Assembly (NCBI GenBank): GCA_964618145.1
Contig: CAZTZR010000008.1
Span: 1,743-65,742, forward strand
Reading direction: 5' to 3'
Source: an uncultured Kofleriaceae bacterium
GTDB taxonomy: Bacteria > Myxococcota_A > Polyangia > HGW-17
DNA length: 64,000 nucleotides
Shown in pieces: positions 8,688-18,130 of this stretch. Both the position numbers and the translations under genes were made by a program. Each line of letters opens with the position of its first letter. Position 1 is the first letter of the stretch. The notes beneath the pieces are model-generated. The model did not search any database and was not told where the DNA came from. It saw only the letters and a program-made list of their open reading frames with translations.

Positions 8688-10439
8688 ATGATGCAGGTAT
8701 GTCCCTGTTGTCACAGTGTGGATGGCTTGGCGTTTTGCCCGGAATGCGGAACCAGACTGGCCGGTTCCCCCGGCACCCCCCTTTTTGTGTGCACACTTGG
8801 CTGGTCCCGCAGTCGGGAGTACGAGTCCACCCTTTCCCGGTTCAGGCAGGAAAAGGGATATCACGTGCAGGAATCCGGAGACGAGATACACCATCAGGTG
8901 CCATTGGCGGATCTGGCTGCCACGGAGGATCTGGTCCGCCGGTATCCCCGTGCCATGCTCTGGAAGGAAACCCGCCTGTCCATTGGCAACGGTGAGTCAT
9001 TCAATCTTCACGAACCCGTAGGGGTCTGTTTCTTGCGCCACATACTTGAGGAAAGCGCCCCCTGCCTGCGTGGTGAAGGTTGTCCCTTTCTCGGACCACT
9101 GGACGCACCTGCCACACTGACAGAGGCACGTCGTCTGGCGGCCTTTCTGCAGTCACGGCGGGCAGCCCTGTTCTGTCCCCATGCCTGGGAACTGGTCCGA
9201 AAGGCTGCCGCGGCATTTCCGGAGCCCGAAGCCTGGCCCTTTCTGGTTGCGGAGGTGAAATCGGCCATGAAGAACGGGTTGGTCATCCTGGATTCCGGTG
9301 GAAACTGGACCCCCCGTTCACCAGAAACTGTAAACTACGATGTGAAATGGCCCCAACAGTTGCCCCAGAACGTTACCTGGGCCACCATGAGCGGGGACCT
9401 GGAACTCGGTACGGTGGATGACCAACTGAGGGCCTTTCCGGGAACGGAGAGAATCGTTCTGTGGGGGGCTGCTTCCCTGGTGGCCCCCACGGACCGGGGC
9501 AGGCATGTCATTTTGCCGCCCGTTCATGCCAATGAACCGGAGTTCATCATTTACTGTGAAGGACAGCCGCCGGTCCGGTGTGGACCTTTTCCCGTTCCGT
9601 TTGCCATGGATTCCATGGTGGGGAGTGTGGCATGCATCACGGAGGGCAGGGTCGTACTGATGTCGCTTGCCAGTCCGGTGGATCACCCGTTCTGGATACA
9701 ACTCGGCACATGGGACGCTCCTTCCCCCGCCAGGCAACTGGTGACGGAGAATGGCGACGTGGCCATTCTCTGCGAGGGAGACCGGGTCTGCTGGTACTCC
9801 ATGAAGGGAGAGGACCGCATCGCGGATTTTCCCGGATGCATGCAGATCCTTTTCACGCGTTCCGGGGTCCTGGCCGTGTTGTGGCAAGATGGCCGCAAGT
9901 TGGCATTCATGCAGGGGCCAGATGACCGCATGGACCTTGATTTCCTGGTTCCTGTTCACATGATTTTTCCTACTTCCACAGGCAATGTGGTGTGTCAGTC
10001 CGACGGTCGCCTGACGGAAATCACCATTCGGGGGGAAATTCTGGATTTCCGTTGCGGAGATGCCTTGTGGATGACTTCCAGGGGATACATGGAGCGTTCC
10101 TCCGACCGGTTCATCTGGCACGTTCTGGATCAGGAACCCCTGGAGGACCGTTACTGGCGGGAGCCACCGGGCCGGATGAAGGTGGTGAGGCTTCCCGGCG
10201 GATATCCGGCCGGACCCCGGGCAGAACTGCTTCTGGAACTGGTTTCGTATTTCCTGTCCAGCGAGATGGCCCGGATGGAATCGGGGGGATGGTCCCGTCT
10301 TGTAAACGGGGCTCCTTCACCGGTACGGAAACAACTTGAAATTCTTGCAAAATCGTATCCGTGGCTGGCGGATTTTGATCGGGAACCGGAAAACTGGCCC
10401 ATCGCCGAAACGGATCTGGAAGATTTTCGCATACTGTGA
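8688..10439 (+). CDS. Hypothetical protein with N-terminal zinc-ribbon
   Basis: CPCC..-CPECG at N-terminus; further Cys cluster (CFLRH, CLRGEGCPF, FCPH); overlaps next gene by 4 bp. Confidence 0.75.
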   Translation: MMQVCPCCHSVDGLAFCPECGTRLAGSPGTPLFVCTLGWSRSREYESTLSRFRQEKGYHVQESGDEIHHQVPLADLAATEDLVRRYPRAMLWKETRLSIGNGESFNLHEPVGVCFLRHILEESAPCLRGEGCPFLGPLDAPATLTEARRLAAFLQSRRAALFCPHAWELVRKAAAAFPEPEAWPFLVAEVKSAMKNGLVILDSGGNWTPRSPETVNYDVKWPQQLPQNVTWATMSGDLELGTVDDQLRAFPGTERIVLWGAASLVAPTDRGRHVILPPVHANEPEFIIYCEGQPPVRCGPFPVPFAMDSMVGSVACITEGRVVLMSLASPVDHPFWIQLGTWDAPSPARQLVTENGDVAILCEGDRVCWYSMKGEDRIADFPGCMQILFTRSGVLAVLWQDGRKLAFMQGPDDRMDLDFLVPVHMIFPTSTGNVVCQSDGRLTEITIRGEILDFRCGDALWMTSRGYMERSSDRFIWHVLDQEPLEDRYWREPPGRMKVVRLPGGYPAGPRAELLLELVSYFLSSEMARMESGGWSRLVNGAPSPVRKQLEILAKSYPWLADFDREPENWPIAETDLEDFRIL

Positions 10440-10831
10440 AACCCATGGAGGTAGTCATGACCATTGGACATGTTGACGAGGCCAGGCCAGTGAAACTTGA
10501 TGGACCGGATTTGAGCGGCGTGACCAGGAAGGTTCTGGTGGGTCCCCTGCAGGGATGGACGGATCATGTGATGCGTGTGTTTGAACTGGCGCCCGGTGGG
10601 TATACACCGAAACATTCCCATGAATGGTTTCATGTGAACTATGTGCTTTCCGGAAGGGGAACACTTTTTCTGGATGGCCAACAAAACGATCTGCAGGCAG
10701 GATCGTTCGCGTTCGTGCCATCCGGAAGGGAACACCGGTTCCGCAACACCGGCGAAGAGCCGTTCGTATTCATCTGCATCGTTCCCGAACCGGGGGATCC
10801 CTGCTGCGGGAATTCCGGCGGTACGAAGTGA
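10436..10831 (+). CDS. Cupin domain protein
   Basis: Cupin motifs PGGYTPKHSHEWFHVNYVLSGRG and GSFAFVPSGREHRFRN. Confidence 0.9.
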   Translation: MKPMEVVMTIGHVDEARPVKLDGPDLSGVTRKVLVGPLQGWTDHVMRVFELAPGGYTPKHSHEWFHVNYVLSGRGTLFLDGQQNDLQAGSFAFVPSGREHRFRNTGEEPFVFICIVPEPGDPCCGNSGGTK

Positions 10832-10842
10832 CAGGCTGACAA

Positions 10843-12363
10843 GTGCGGGTTTCCCTGACCACAAGGCTCTTTTCCGGGTTTGCCATCCTGCTGTTGCTGT
10901 TTTCCGGCGTCCAGATATACAGCCTGGTGGGATTGCGGCGTCTGGGAGAGGAGTTTGCATCCATCAACAGGTTTCACCTGAGTTTTTCCCATCAGGTGTA
11001 CGCACTGGAAACCAGCCAGTCCCAGTTGCTGTTGCTTTTGAAGAACCTGACCACGCAGGAGGGGGATCCGGATGTGCGCAAGAGGCCGGCATTGCTGAAC
11101 CGATGGTTGCGGGTCACATCCGAAAAGCGCAACGAAACCTATGCCAAACTCAAGCGCATCGTCCGGCAGAACCGGGATCACCTGGACAGCCGGGAACCCA
11201 CCTTCTATCGCGGAACGCTGTTTCCCATGCTGGATCAACTGGAGACAGAGTGGGAGCAGTTGACCATCATCTGGAATTCCGCCCTGGCCACCGATATGGA
11301 TCGCTCCCAGGTGCATGCACTTTTCCGCAAGGAAAACCTTTTCCTGAGCCGTGTCCGGCAGATTGTTGCAGTGTCGCGCAACCGGGTGCGTCAACTCGCC
11401 ACCAGCATCGAGGACAGGGAAAGCGAGTTGTTGCGGATGCAGATCACGCTGTGGGTAGCCGCACTTGTTCTGGCCCTGGCCATACTTGTTCTTTTGTTCC
11501 GCCCCCTTCGCATGCTGGCAAGACTGACCCAGGGCGCAAGACGTTTGGGACAGGGAGATTTTTCCCATCGCATCGAGGTTACCGGGCAGGACGAACTGGG
11601 AGTGCTGGCAGCCGAATTCAATTCCATGACCGAAGCCATCCTGGAGCGCGAAGCCCGTCTGATCCGTTCCGAACAACTTGCTGCGGCAGGAAAACTATCG
11701 GCACTGATTGCCCATGAACTCCGTAATCCCCTGGCGGCGATCTCCTTCCAGGTAGAACTTGTTTCCGATCTTTGCCGCGAGTTGCCGGCTTCCCGGCAGC
11801 AGGAAGAACTGATTCAGATTCTTGAAAAAGTACACAGGGAAGTAGACCGAATGACTGGTATTTCCGAGGAATACCTTGAGTTTTCCAGGTTGCCCCAGCC
11901 CCAGTTGAAGGTGATGCGCCTGAATGCTTTTTTGCAGGATTTCTGTGAGTTCCTGGAAGGGGAACTCCAGTTGGAAGGCATTTCCCTGGCTTTGCATCCG
12001 GACCCGACCGAACCGGAAATTGCAGGGGATGAACGGCTTCTCAGGCAGGTACTGCTCAACATGGTTCGCAACGCACAAGAGGCCATGCCCGGGGGGGGGG
12101 AGTTGGTTCTGGAAATCCGGGCAGAAAAGCATGAGGTCATTGTGGAGGTAAGGGACACGGGCTGCGGAATTCCCGAAGGGGTGCGAACCATGCTTTTCGA
12201 TGCCTTTTATACCACCAAGGCACATGGAACCGGTCTGGGGCTGACGGTATGCATGCAGATTCTGCAGCAGCATGGAGGACGGATCCATCTGCAGGATTCC
12301 GGTCAGGGAACCCGCTTTGAACTGGTGTTTCCCGCACTGGACGCCGGGGATGCGGAGCGATGA
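10843..12363 (+). CDS. HAMP-domain sensor histidine kinase
   Basis: Two TM segments; HAMP (GQDELGVLAAEFNSM); H-box IAHELRNPL; N-box QVLLNMVRNA; G-boxes DTGCG and GTGLGL. Confidence 0.93.
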   Translation: MRVSLTTRLFSGFAILLLLFSGVQIYSLVGLRRLGEEFASINRFHLSFSHQVYALETSQSQLLLLLKNLTTQEGDPDVRKRPALLNRWLRVTSEKRNETYAKLKRIVRQNRDHLDSREPTFYRGTLFPMLDQLETEWEQLTIIWNSALATDMDRSQVHALFRKENLFLSRVRQIVAVSRNRVRQLATSIEDRESELLRMQITLWVAALVLALAILVLLFRPLRMLARLTQGARRLGQGDFSHRIEVTGQDELGVLAAEFNSMTEAILEREARLIRSEQLAAAGKLSALIAHELRNPLAAISFQVELVSDLCRELPASRQQEELIQILEKVHREVDRMTGISEEYLEFSRLPQPQLKVMRLNAFLQDFCEFLEGELQLEGISLALHPDPTEPEIAGDERLLRQVLLNMVRNAQEAMPGGGELVLEIRAEKHEVIVEVRDTGCGIPEGVRTMLFDAFYTTKAHGTGLGLTVCMQILQQHGGRIHLQDSGQGTRFELVFPALDAGDAER

Positions 12364-13493
12364 CCATGGGGGGTGCGGCAGCGGTTTTCAGGACATTCTG
12401 TCCGTCTTCCATGCGTCCGTTTGCCCGGGTGCTGGAAAACATGTCATCGCACCGCTGCACCGTATATGCCTTCACCGCGGACATGGACGGGTTTTCCTGC
12501 TCCCTGCCGGTTCATTTCGGCCATTCCCTGGGTTGTCCCGTTCCCCGGATTCCGGTGAAAAACGATGCGGGGAAACTGCGCAGGCTTTTCTGGAGCCATT
12601 TCGCCCGGGCCGGCCACGATTTTCTGGTGGCTCCATCCGGTTTCGATGCCCTGTGTGCCATGCCCATGGCCCAGCACTTCCATTTGCCGGTGGTTACCCG
12701 GTTGAGCGGGCATGATCTGACATGGTTGTTCCGGCGACACGGCCCGGATCCGGAAGCGGCCCGCTATGCGGCCCGGTGGCGAGAATTGCTGGAAGGTACA
12801 ACGCTTTTTCTGGTTCCAGGTTTTCCCTGCCGGGAATTGTTGCTGGATCTGGGATGTCCGAAGGACCGCATAGCGGTTTTTGACAGTGGTGTCTGCATTC
12901 CTCCGTTAAGGACACCTGTTTTTCACCGGTTGCCGATCATCCTTGTCCGGCAACCCCTGGAGGCTGGTTCCGGATTGTTCACGGTGGTGCGGGCCTTTGA
13001 ATGGTTGATGGAGGCCGGGGGAAAGGCCCACCTGTGGATCGTGGGAGAAGGCAGCCTCAAGAAGGATTTGCGGGAGACCATCCGGAACAGTTCTGCCCGG
13101 GAATCCATTTTCCTGTACGGGTCCGGAGAATGGGGAGAGGAAATCTGGGACCATGCGGAAATTGTCCTGGTGCCGCCGGTGGTGTCTCCGGGTTTCCTTT
13201 TTGACTCCACTGGCACGTCCATCCTGTATGGTTCCGCCCATGGAAGACCGGTGGTGGCCACGGCACACGGAGGAAGCATGGACCGTGTAGCGGACCAGGT
13301 CACGGGATTGATTGTACCCGAACGGGATCCGGGAGCCATGGCGGATGCGTTGCTGGTGCTCCTGAAGGATCCTGAAATGCGTGCCCGGTTCGGGCGGGCA
13401 GGCAGGGCGAAGATGGAACTGGAGTATTCCGTCGAAGTGATTACCCCCCGGCTGGAACATTTTTTCAGTCAGGCGGTTGCCATGGCCCGCTGA
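12360..13493 (+). CDS. Glycosyltransferase family 4 (GT-B)
   Basis: IVGEGSL, GRPVVATAHGG, TGLIVPERDPGAMADAL and RARFGRAGR motifs typical of GT4. Confidence 0.85.
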   Translation: MTMGGAAAVFRTFCPSSMRPFARVLENMSSHRCTVYAFTADMDGFSCSLPVHFGHSLGCPVPRIPVKNDAGKLRRLFWSHFARAGHDFLVAPSGFDALCAMPMAQHFHLPVVTRLSGHDLTWLFRRHGPDPEAARYAARWRELLEGTTLFLVPGFPCRELLLDLGCPKDRIAVFDSGVCIPPLRTPVFHRLPIILVRQPLEAGSGLFTVVRAFEWLMEAGGKAHLWIVGEGSLKKDLRETIRNSSARESIFLYGSGEWGEEIWDHAEIVLVPPVVSPGFLFDSTGTSILYGSAHGRPVVATAHGGSMDRVADQVTGLIVPERDPGAMADALLVLLKDPEMRARFGRAGRAKMELEYSVEVITPRLEHFFSQAVAMAR

Positions 13494-13565
13494 GGCATTA
13501 TAGTCACCTCCCCGGAATGGGAGGGCGCCGTTACGTCCCCACACATTTTCAGGAGGTCCGGAAGG

Positions 13566-14111
13566 ATGAAGAAGACACACAGCACCACTATAGTGGCAGT
13601 CCTCAGGGAAGGTCGCGTCGCCATTGCCGGTGACGGTCAGGTCACGCTGGGACACGGCATCATCAAAAACCACGCCAAGAAGGTGCGCCTGCTGGCCAAC
13701 GGCCGGATTGTGGCGGGGTTTGCAGGATCCGCAGCCGACGGGATCGCCCTTCTTGAACGACTGGAGCAGAAACTCGAGGCATTTGGCGGAAATCTTACAC
13801 GGGCCTCGGTGGAACTTGCCAAGGACTGGCGCATGGACAAGATGCTCCGGCACCTTGAAGCCATCCTGATTGTCAGTGACGGACGAATCATGTACCTGCT
13901 CTCCGGGAATGGTGACATCATTGAACCCGACGAGGAATGCATCGCCATAGGATCCGGGGCGCCTTATGCCCACGCTGCTGCCCGCATGCTGCTCCGCCAC
14001 ACGAACCTGTCGCCGCTGGACATCGCCCGGGAAGCCATCCAGACAGCCTCGGACATGTGCATCTACACCAACCATGAAATCACGGCAATGGAACTTGTTG
14101 CCCAGGCCTGA
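13566..14111 (+). CDS. hslV: ATP-dependent protease subunit HslV
   Basis: N-terminal [27 protein letters not shown]. Confidence 0.97.
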   Translation: MKKTHSTTIVAVLREGRVAIAGDGQVTLGHGIIKNHAKKVRLLANGRIVAGFAGSAADGIALLERLEQKLEAFGGNLTRASVELAKDWRMDKMLRHLEAILIVSDGRIMYLLSGNGDIIEPDEECIAIGSGAPYAHAAARMLLRHTNLSPLDIAREAIQTASDMCIYTNHEITAMELVAQA

Positions 14112-14122
14112 CGGAGAGATAC

Positions 14123-15469
14123 ATGGACATTCAGGACAACGTCAATCTGACACCCGGTAACATTGTGAAGGAACTGGACAGGTACATCATCGGCCAGGAA
14201 AAGGCCAAACGGGCGGTGGCCATCGCCCTGCGCAACCGCTGGCGCAGGCAGCAGGTGGAACCCTCCATGCGTGACGAGATCCTGCCAAAGAACATCATCA
14301 TGATTGGACCCACGGGGGTGGGAAAGACGGAAATCGCCCGACGCCTCTCCCGTCTCACCCAGGCTCCCTTTGTCAAGGTGGAGGCTTCCAAGTTCACCGA
14401 GGTGGGCTATGTGGGGCGGGATGTGGATTCCATCATCCGGGACCTCATGGAGGTCGGGGTCAATCTGGTTCGCACCGAGGAGCGCGAGCGTGTCAGGGAA
14501 AAGGCAAAAAGCATGGCTGAGGAAAGGGTTCTGGACATCCTGTTGCCGCCGTTGCCGGTACAGGAAGAGGACCCCGAATCCCGGGAGAACAGGGTTCAGG
14601 CCACCCGGGAGAAGTTCCGGAAACTGTTGCGTGACGGGGCCCTGGACCAGCGTCAACTCGAAATAGACGTTTCCGACAATTCCATGCCGTTCATGGAAAT
14701 TTTCACTCCGGCCGGGATGGAGGAGATGGGGCTCAACCTGCGGGACATGTTTGGTGGGGGCGGACGTACCCGCCGACGCAAGGTGAATGTTCCGGATGCC
14801 CTGGAGCATCTTGCTTCCGAGGAAGCCCAGAAACTCATTGACATGGACAAGGTGATCAAAGAGGCCGTTTCCCGTGTGGAAAACCACGGCATTGTGTTTC
14901 TCGACGAGATCGACAAGATTGCGGGACGGGAAAGTTCCAGGGGGCCGGATGTTTCCAGGGAGGGCGTCCAGCGGGATCTCCTTCCGGTGATAGAAGGATC
15001 CACGGTCACCACCAAGCATGGTCCCGTGCGCACGGATCACATACTCTTCATCGCCAGCGGAGCATTTCATGTGGCCAGGGTATCGGATCTGATTCCGGAA
15101 TTGCAGGGACGATTCCCGATCCGGGTGGAACTTTCTTCCCTCGATGAGGAGCAGTTCCACAGGATCCTCACCGAACCCCGGAACGCCTTGCTCAAGCAGT
15201 ATTGTGCCCTCATGGCGACGGAAGGAGTGGTTTTGCGCTTCGAAGATTCTGCGGTCAGGGAAATCGCCCGCTTGGCCACGGAACTGAACCGCACCCATGA
15301 GAACATAGGTGCCAGGCGTTTGCATACCGTGCTGGAAGCGTTGCTCGACGAGTTGTCTTTTGATGCTTCCGAACGGTCCGGGGATACCGTGGTCATCACC
15401 CGGGAAGTGGTCCAGGAACGGCTTGGCCCCATTGTCCAGAACGAGGACCTGAACAAGTACATTCTCTGA
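14123..15469 (+). CDS. hslU: ATP-dependent protease ATPase subunit HslU
   Basis: [57 protein letters not shown]. Confidence 0.98.
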   Translation: MDIQDNVNLTPGNIVKELDRYIIGQEKAKRAVAIALRNRWRRQQVEPSMRDEILPKNIIMIGPTGVGKTEIARRLSRLTQAPFVKVEASKFTEVGYVGRDVDSIIRDLMEVGVNLVRTEERERVREKAKSMAEERVLDILLPPLPVQEEDPESRENRVQATREKFRKLLRDGALDQRQLEIDVSDNSMPFMEIFTPAGMEEMGLNLRDMFGGGGRTRRRKVNVPDALEHLASEEAQKLIDMDKVIKEAVSRVENHGIVFLDEIDKIAGRESSRGPDVSREGVQRDLLPVIEGSTVTTKHGPVRTDHILFIASGAFHVARVSDLIPELQGRFPIRVELSSLDEEQFHRILTEPRNALLKQYCALMATEGVVLRFEDSAVREIARLATELNRTHENIGARRLHTVLEALLDELSFDASERSGDTVVITREVVQERLGPIVQNEDLNKYIL

Positions 15470-15569
15470 CAGCCGTGATCCGTTTCAGCGTCCATGGATC
15501 ATCGAAACTGACCGGCGCTGTGTCACAAGGGGTTTGACCCCGGGGGGCAAACCGGGATAAAACAGGCAC

Positions 15570-18077
15570 ATGAATCCGGTATCCGTGTATGAACTGGCCA
15601 ACATCACCAAAGGGCAGATTGCAGGTCCCGGAAACGTCTTTTCCGTGGATTCCGTGTCCACGGACAGCCGGCGGATTCCCGCCAATGCACTTTTTGTCGC
15701 CCTGCCGGGGAATCATCATGATGGTCACGACTTCATCGGTCATGCATTTGCGAACGGGGCATCGGCTGCGCTGGTTTCCAGACCGTGGGCGGCTACCCAT
15801 GGTTCCGGTTTGACCCGTACCTGCATAGTTGTTGACGACCCCCTTGTGGCATTGCAGGATCTGGGGCGTTGGTGGCGCAGGCGTTTTGACGGGAAGGTAG
15901 TGGCGATCACCGGATCCAACGGAAAAACCATCGTCAAGGATGCCTTGGTGGAACTTGTGTCATCGAGCCTTTCCTGCGCCGGCACCATCGGATCCTACAA
16001 CAGCCAGTTGGGCGTTCCCCTGGCACTTTTGCGCATGCCCAGGGAAGCCGATGTCTGGGTGGTCGAGGCCGGGGTGTCAGGCATGGGGGAAATGGAGCGC
16101 CTGCAAAGAATGATTGACCCGGATGCAGGTATCCTCACCAACATCGGAATGGCCCATATTGCGGGGTTCGGCAGCAGGGAAGCCATTGCCCGGGAAAAAA
16201 TCCGGCTCTTTTCCGGAATTCCGTCCACCGGATGGATCCTGCTTCCTGAGGGTGAGCCGCTGATTTCGCCCCTGGTGAATTCCCTGAAGGGCAAAATAGC
16301 CTTTTTCGGAGGGCGATCAGCAGACCTTCCGGTGTTCGGGGAAATGCATGCTGCGGTGGGGGGGATGTTTGCACGAATGGTTTTCCCGGATGGGCAGACC
16401 CACGCCGTGATTCTCCCTACACCAAGTCGTGAACTTGCGCTGGATCTGGAGGCTGCAGCTGCAGCCGCCTGGCTGCTGGGGGTGTCACCGGAGGAAATCG
16501 CACGTCGCATCACGGATATCCGGCCCGGACAGACACGCATGGAAATCTGGCATTCGCCGTTCGGGGCAACCTTGATCAACGATGCCTGCTCTTCGGATCC
16601 CATTTCCGTGGAGGCTGCATTGCGTACCCTGAATACCGTCAGCCAGGCGGTTGGCCGGAAGATATTCGTTTTCGGGGGCATGAGGGAACTGGGGGAATTG
16701 GGAGCCCGTGAACATGCTCACATCGGTGAGTTGGCGGCGGTCCACGGTGTGGACACACTTGTTCTTCCCGAGGATTCACTTCTGGACGCAACGGCTGAAG
16801 CCTTTGCGGAACATGCACTTCATCCCGAAATCCTGCGCTACTCCCGTCCCAGGGAATTGACCGGACAACTGCAGAACAGGGTCCAGGAGAGTGACACCAT
16901 CCTGTTCAAGGGGCCCCGGGAACACGACATCGCCCGCATCGCCCATGAGGTATTCGAAGCCATCGCTCCCAACCGGCTCATAGTGGACATGGACGCCATT
17001 GCGGAAAACGTGGGTATTTTCCGTCGCATCATTGGTGGCCGCCGGCTGCTTGCCATGATCAAGGCACTGGGTTATGGCAGCGACATGCCGCGGCTCTCGC
17101 TGGAACTGGAAAAAATGGGGGTGGACATGTTCGGGGTTTCCACCCCGGATGAAGGGGCCCGCCTTCGGAGATCCGGTACGCGCCTGCCGATTCTGGTGAT
17201 GATCTGCATGCCCGAAGAAGCCCGAAAACTGGTCCGTCACCGATTGACACCGATTATTTCGGGCGAGGGGCTCATTGAACCGCTGTCGGCAGAAGCTAGT
17301 TCCTGGGGTCGGACAGTGGAGGTGCACCTGAAGGTGGATACGGGCATGGGCCGGATGGGCATCCCCCTGGATCGTCTGGCCCAGGTCGTGCAGAGGGTGC
17401 AGCGTACACCGTATCTGGCCATTTCCGGACTGATGACCCATTTCGGATGTGCGGATGATCCCCTGGAGGACGGGTTTACCCGTCGGCAGATTGAACTGTT
17501 TGAAGAGGCCAGGGACATTTTGCTTCGTGCGGGTCTTCATGATTTTACTGCGCATGCCGCGGCCACTGCCGCCACGGTCCGCTTTGCCGAATCCCATTTT
17601 GACATGGTGCGCATCGGACTCGGACTGTACGGTCTCTACCCGTCTGCTACCATCCGGGAACATGCAAACCTGCGGATGGCCATCTCCCTGGTTTCCCGCA
17701 TTGTGGAGGTCCGGAACCTGCCCGCAGGGGCACGCATCGGGTATGGAGGCACCTTTGTGGTACCGGCTTGGGGCGCCCGCATCGGACTGGTGCCCATGGG
17801 GTACCATGATGGTATTCCGTGGAACCTTTCCAACCGGGGCCGGGTGTGGGTGCAGGGTCACCCGGCTCCCATCGTCGGGCGGGTATCCATGGACAGTCTC
17901 ATGGTGGACATCACGGATGTTCCGGGAGCCGAAAGAGGTGCCGATGTGCTTGTTTTCGGTCGTCACGGAGGTGTGGAAGTCCGGCCCGAAGAGGTGGCCA
18001 CCGGTACGGACACCATTGTTTACGAGTTGATGACCAGGGTGGGTCCCCGTGTTCAGCGAATATTCCATGGCTCATGA
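15570..18077 (+). CDS. alr: Bifunctional MurF-like ligase / alanine racemase fusion
   Basis: N-terminal MurF (ITGSNGKT, SYNSQLGVP, INDA); C-terminal Alr (AMIKALGYG PLP-Lys, HLKVDTGMGRMG, GYHDG, GRVSMD). Confidence 0.92.
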   Translation: MNPVSVYELANITKGQIAGPGNVFSVDSVSTDSRRIPANALFVALPGNHHDGHDFIGHAFANGASAALVSRPWAATHGSGLTRTCIVVDDPLVALQDLGRWWRRRFDGKVVAITGSNGKTIVKDALVELVSSSLSCAGTIGSYNSQLGVPLALLRMPREADVWVVEAGVSGMGEMERLQRMIDPDAGILTNIGMAHIAGFGSREAIAREKIRLFSGIPSTGWILLPEGEPLISPLVNSLKGKIAFFGGRSADLPVFGEMHAAVGGMFARMVFPDGQTHAVILPTPSRELALDLEAAAAAAWLLGVSPEEIARRITDIRPGQTRMEIWHSPFGATLINDACSSDPISVEAALRTLNTVSQAVGRKIFVFGGMRELGELGAREHAHIGELAAVHGVDTLVLPEDSLLDATAEAFAEHALHPEILRYSRPRELTGQLQNRVQESDTILFKGPREHDIARIAHEVFEAIAPNRLIVDMDAIAENVGIFRRIIGGRRLLAMIKALGYGSDMPRLSLELEKMGVDMFGVSTPDEGARLRRSGTRLPILVMICMPEEARKLVRHRLTPIISGEGLIEPLSAEASSWGRTVEVHLKVDTGMGRMGIPLDRLAQVVQRVQRTPYLAISGLMTHFGCADDPLEDGFTRRQIELFEEARDILLRAGLHDFTAHAAATAATVRFAESHFDMVRIGLGLYGLYPSATIREHANLRMAISLVSRIVEVRNLPAGARIGYGGTFVVPAWGARIGLVPMGYHDGIPWNLSNRGRVWVQGHPAPIVGRVSMDSLMVDITDVPGAERGADVLVFGRHGGVEVRPEEVATGTDTIVYELMTRVGPRVQRIFHGS

Positions 18078-18130
18078 TCGAATCCGGACTGAGCGGTTGA
18101 CAGGAATTTTCAATTGAGGTATTCAGACAA

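Noticed and set aside
13554-13566. AGGTCCGGAAGGA resembling the SRP RNA domain IV core
   Set aside because: Lacks the following AGCAGC and flanking helix; coincides with the hslV translation-initiation region.
14063-15325. 420-aa antisense ORF over hslU (likewise 2264..3514, 16776..18068, 23158..24711, 32212..33294, 34838..35935, 42913..44313)
   Set aside because: GC-rich shadow ORFs lying opposite genes with clear family motifs.
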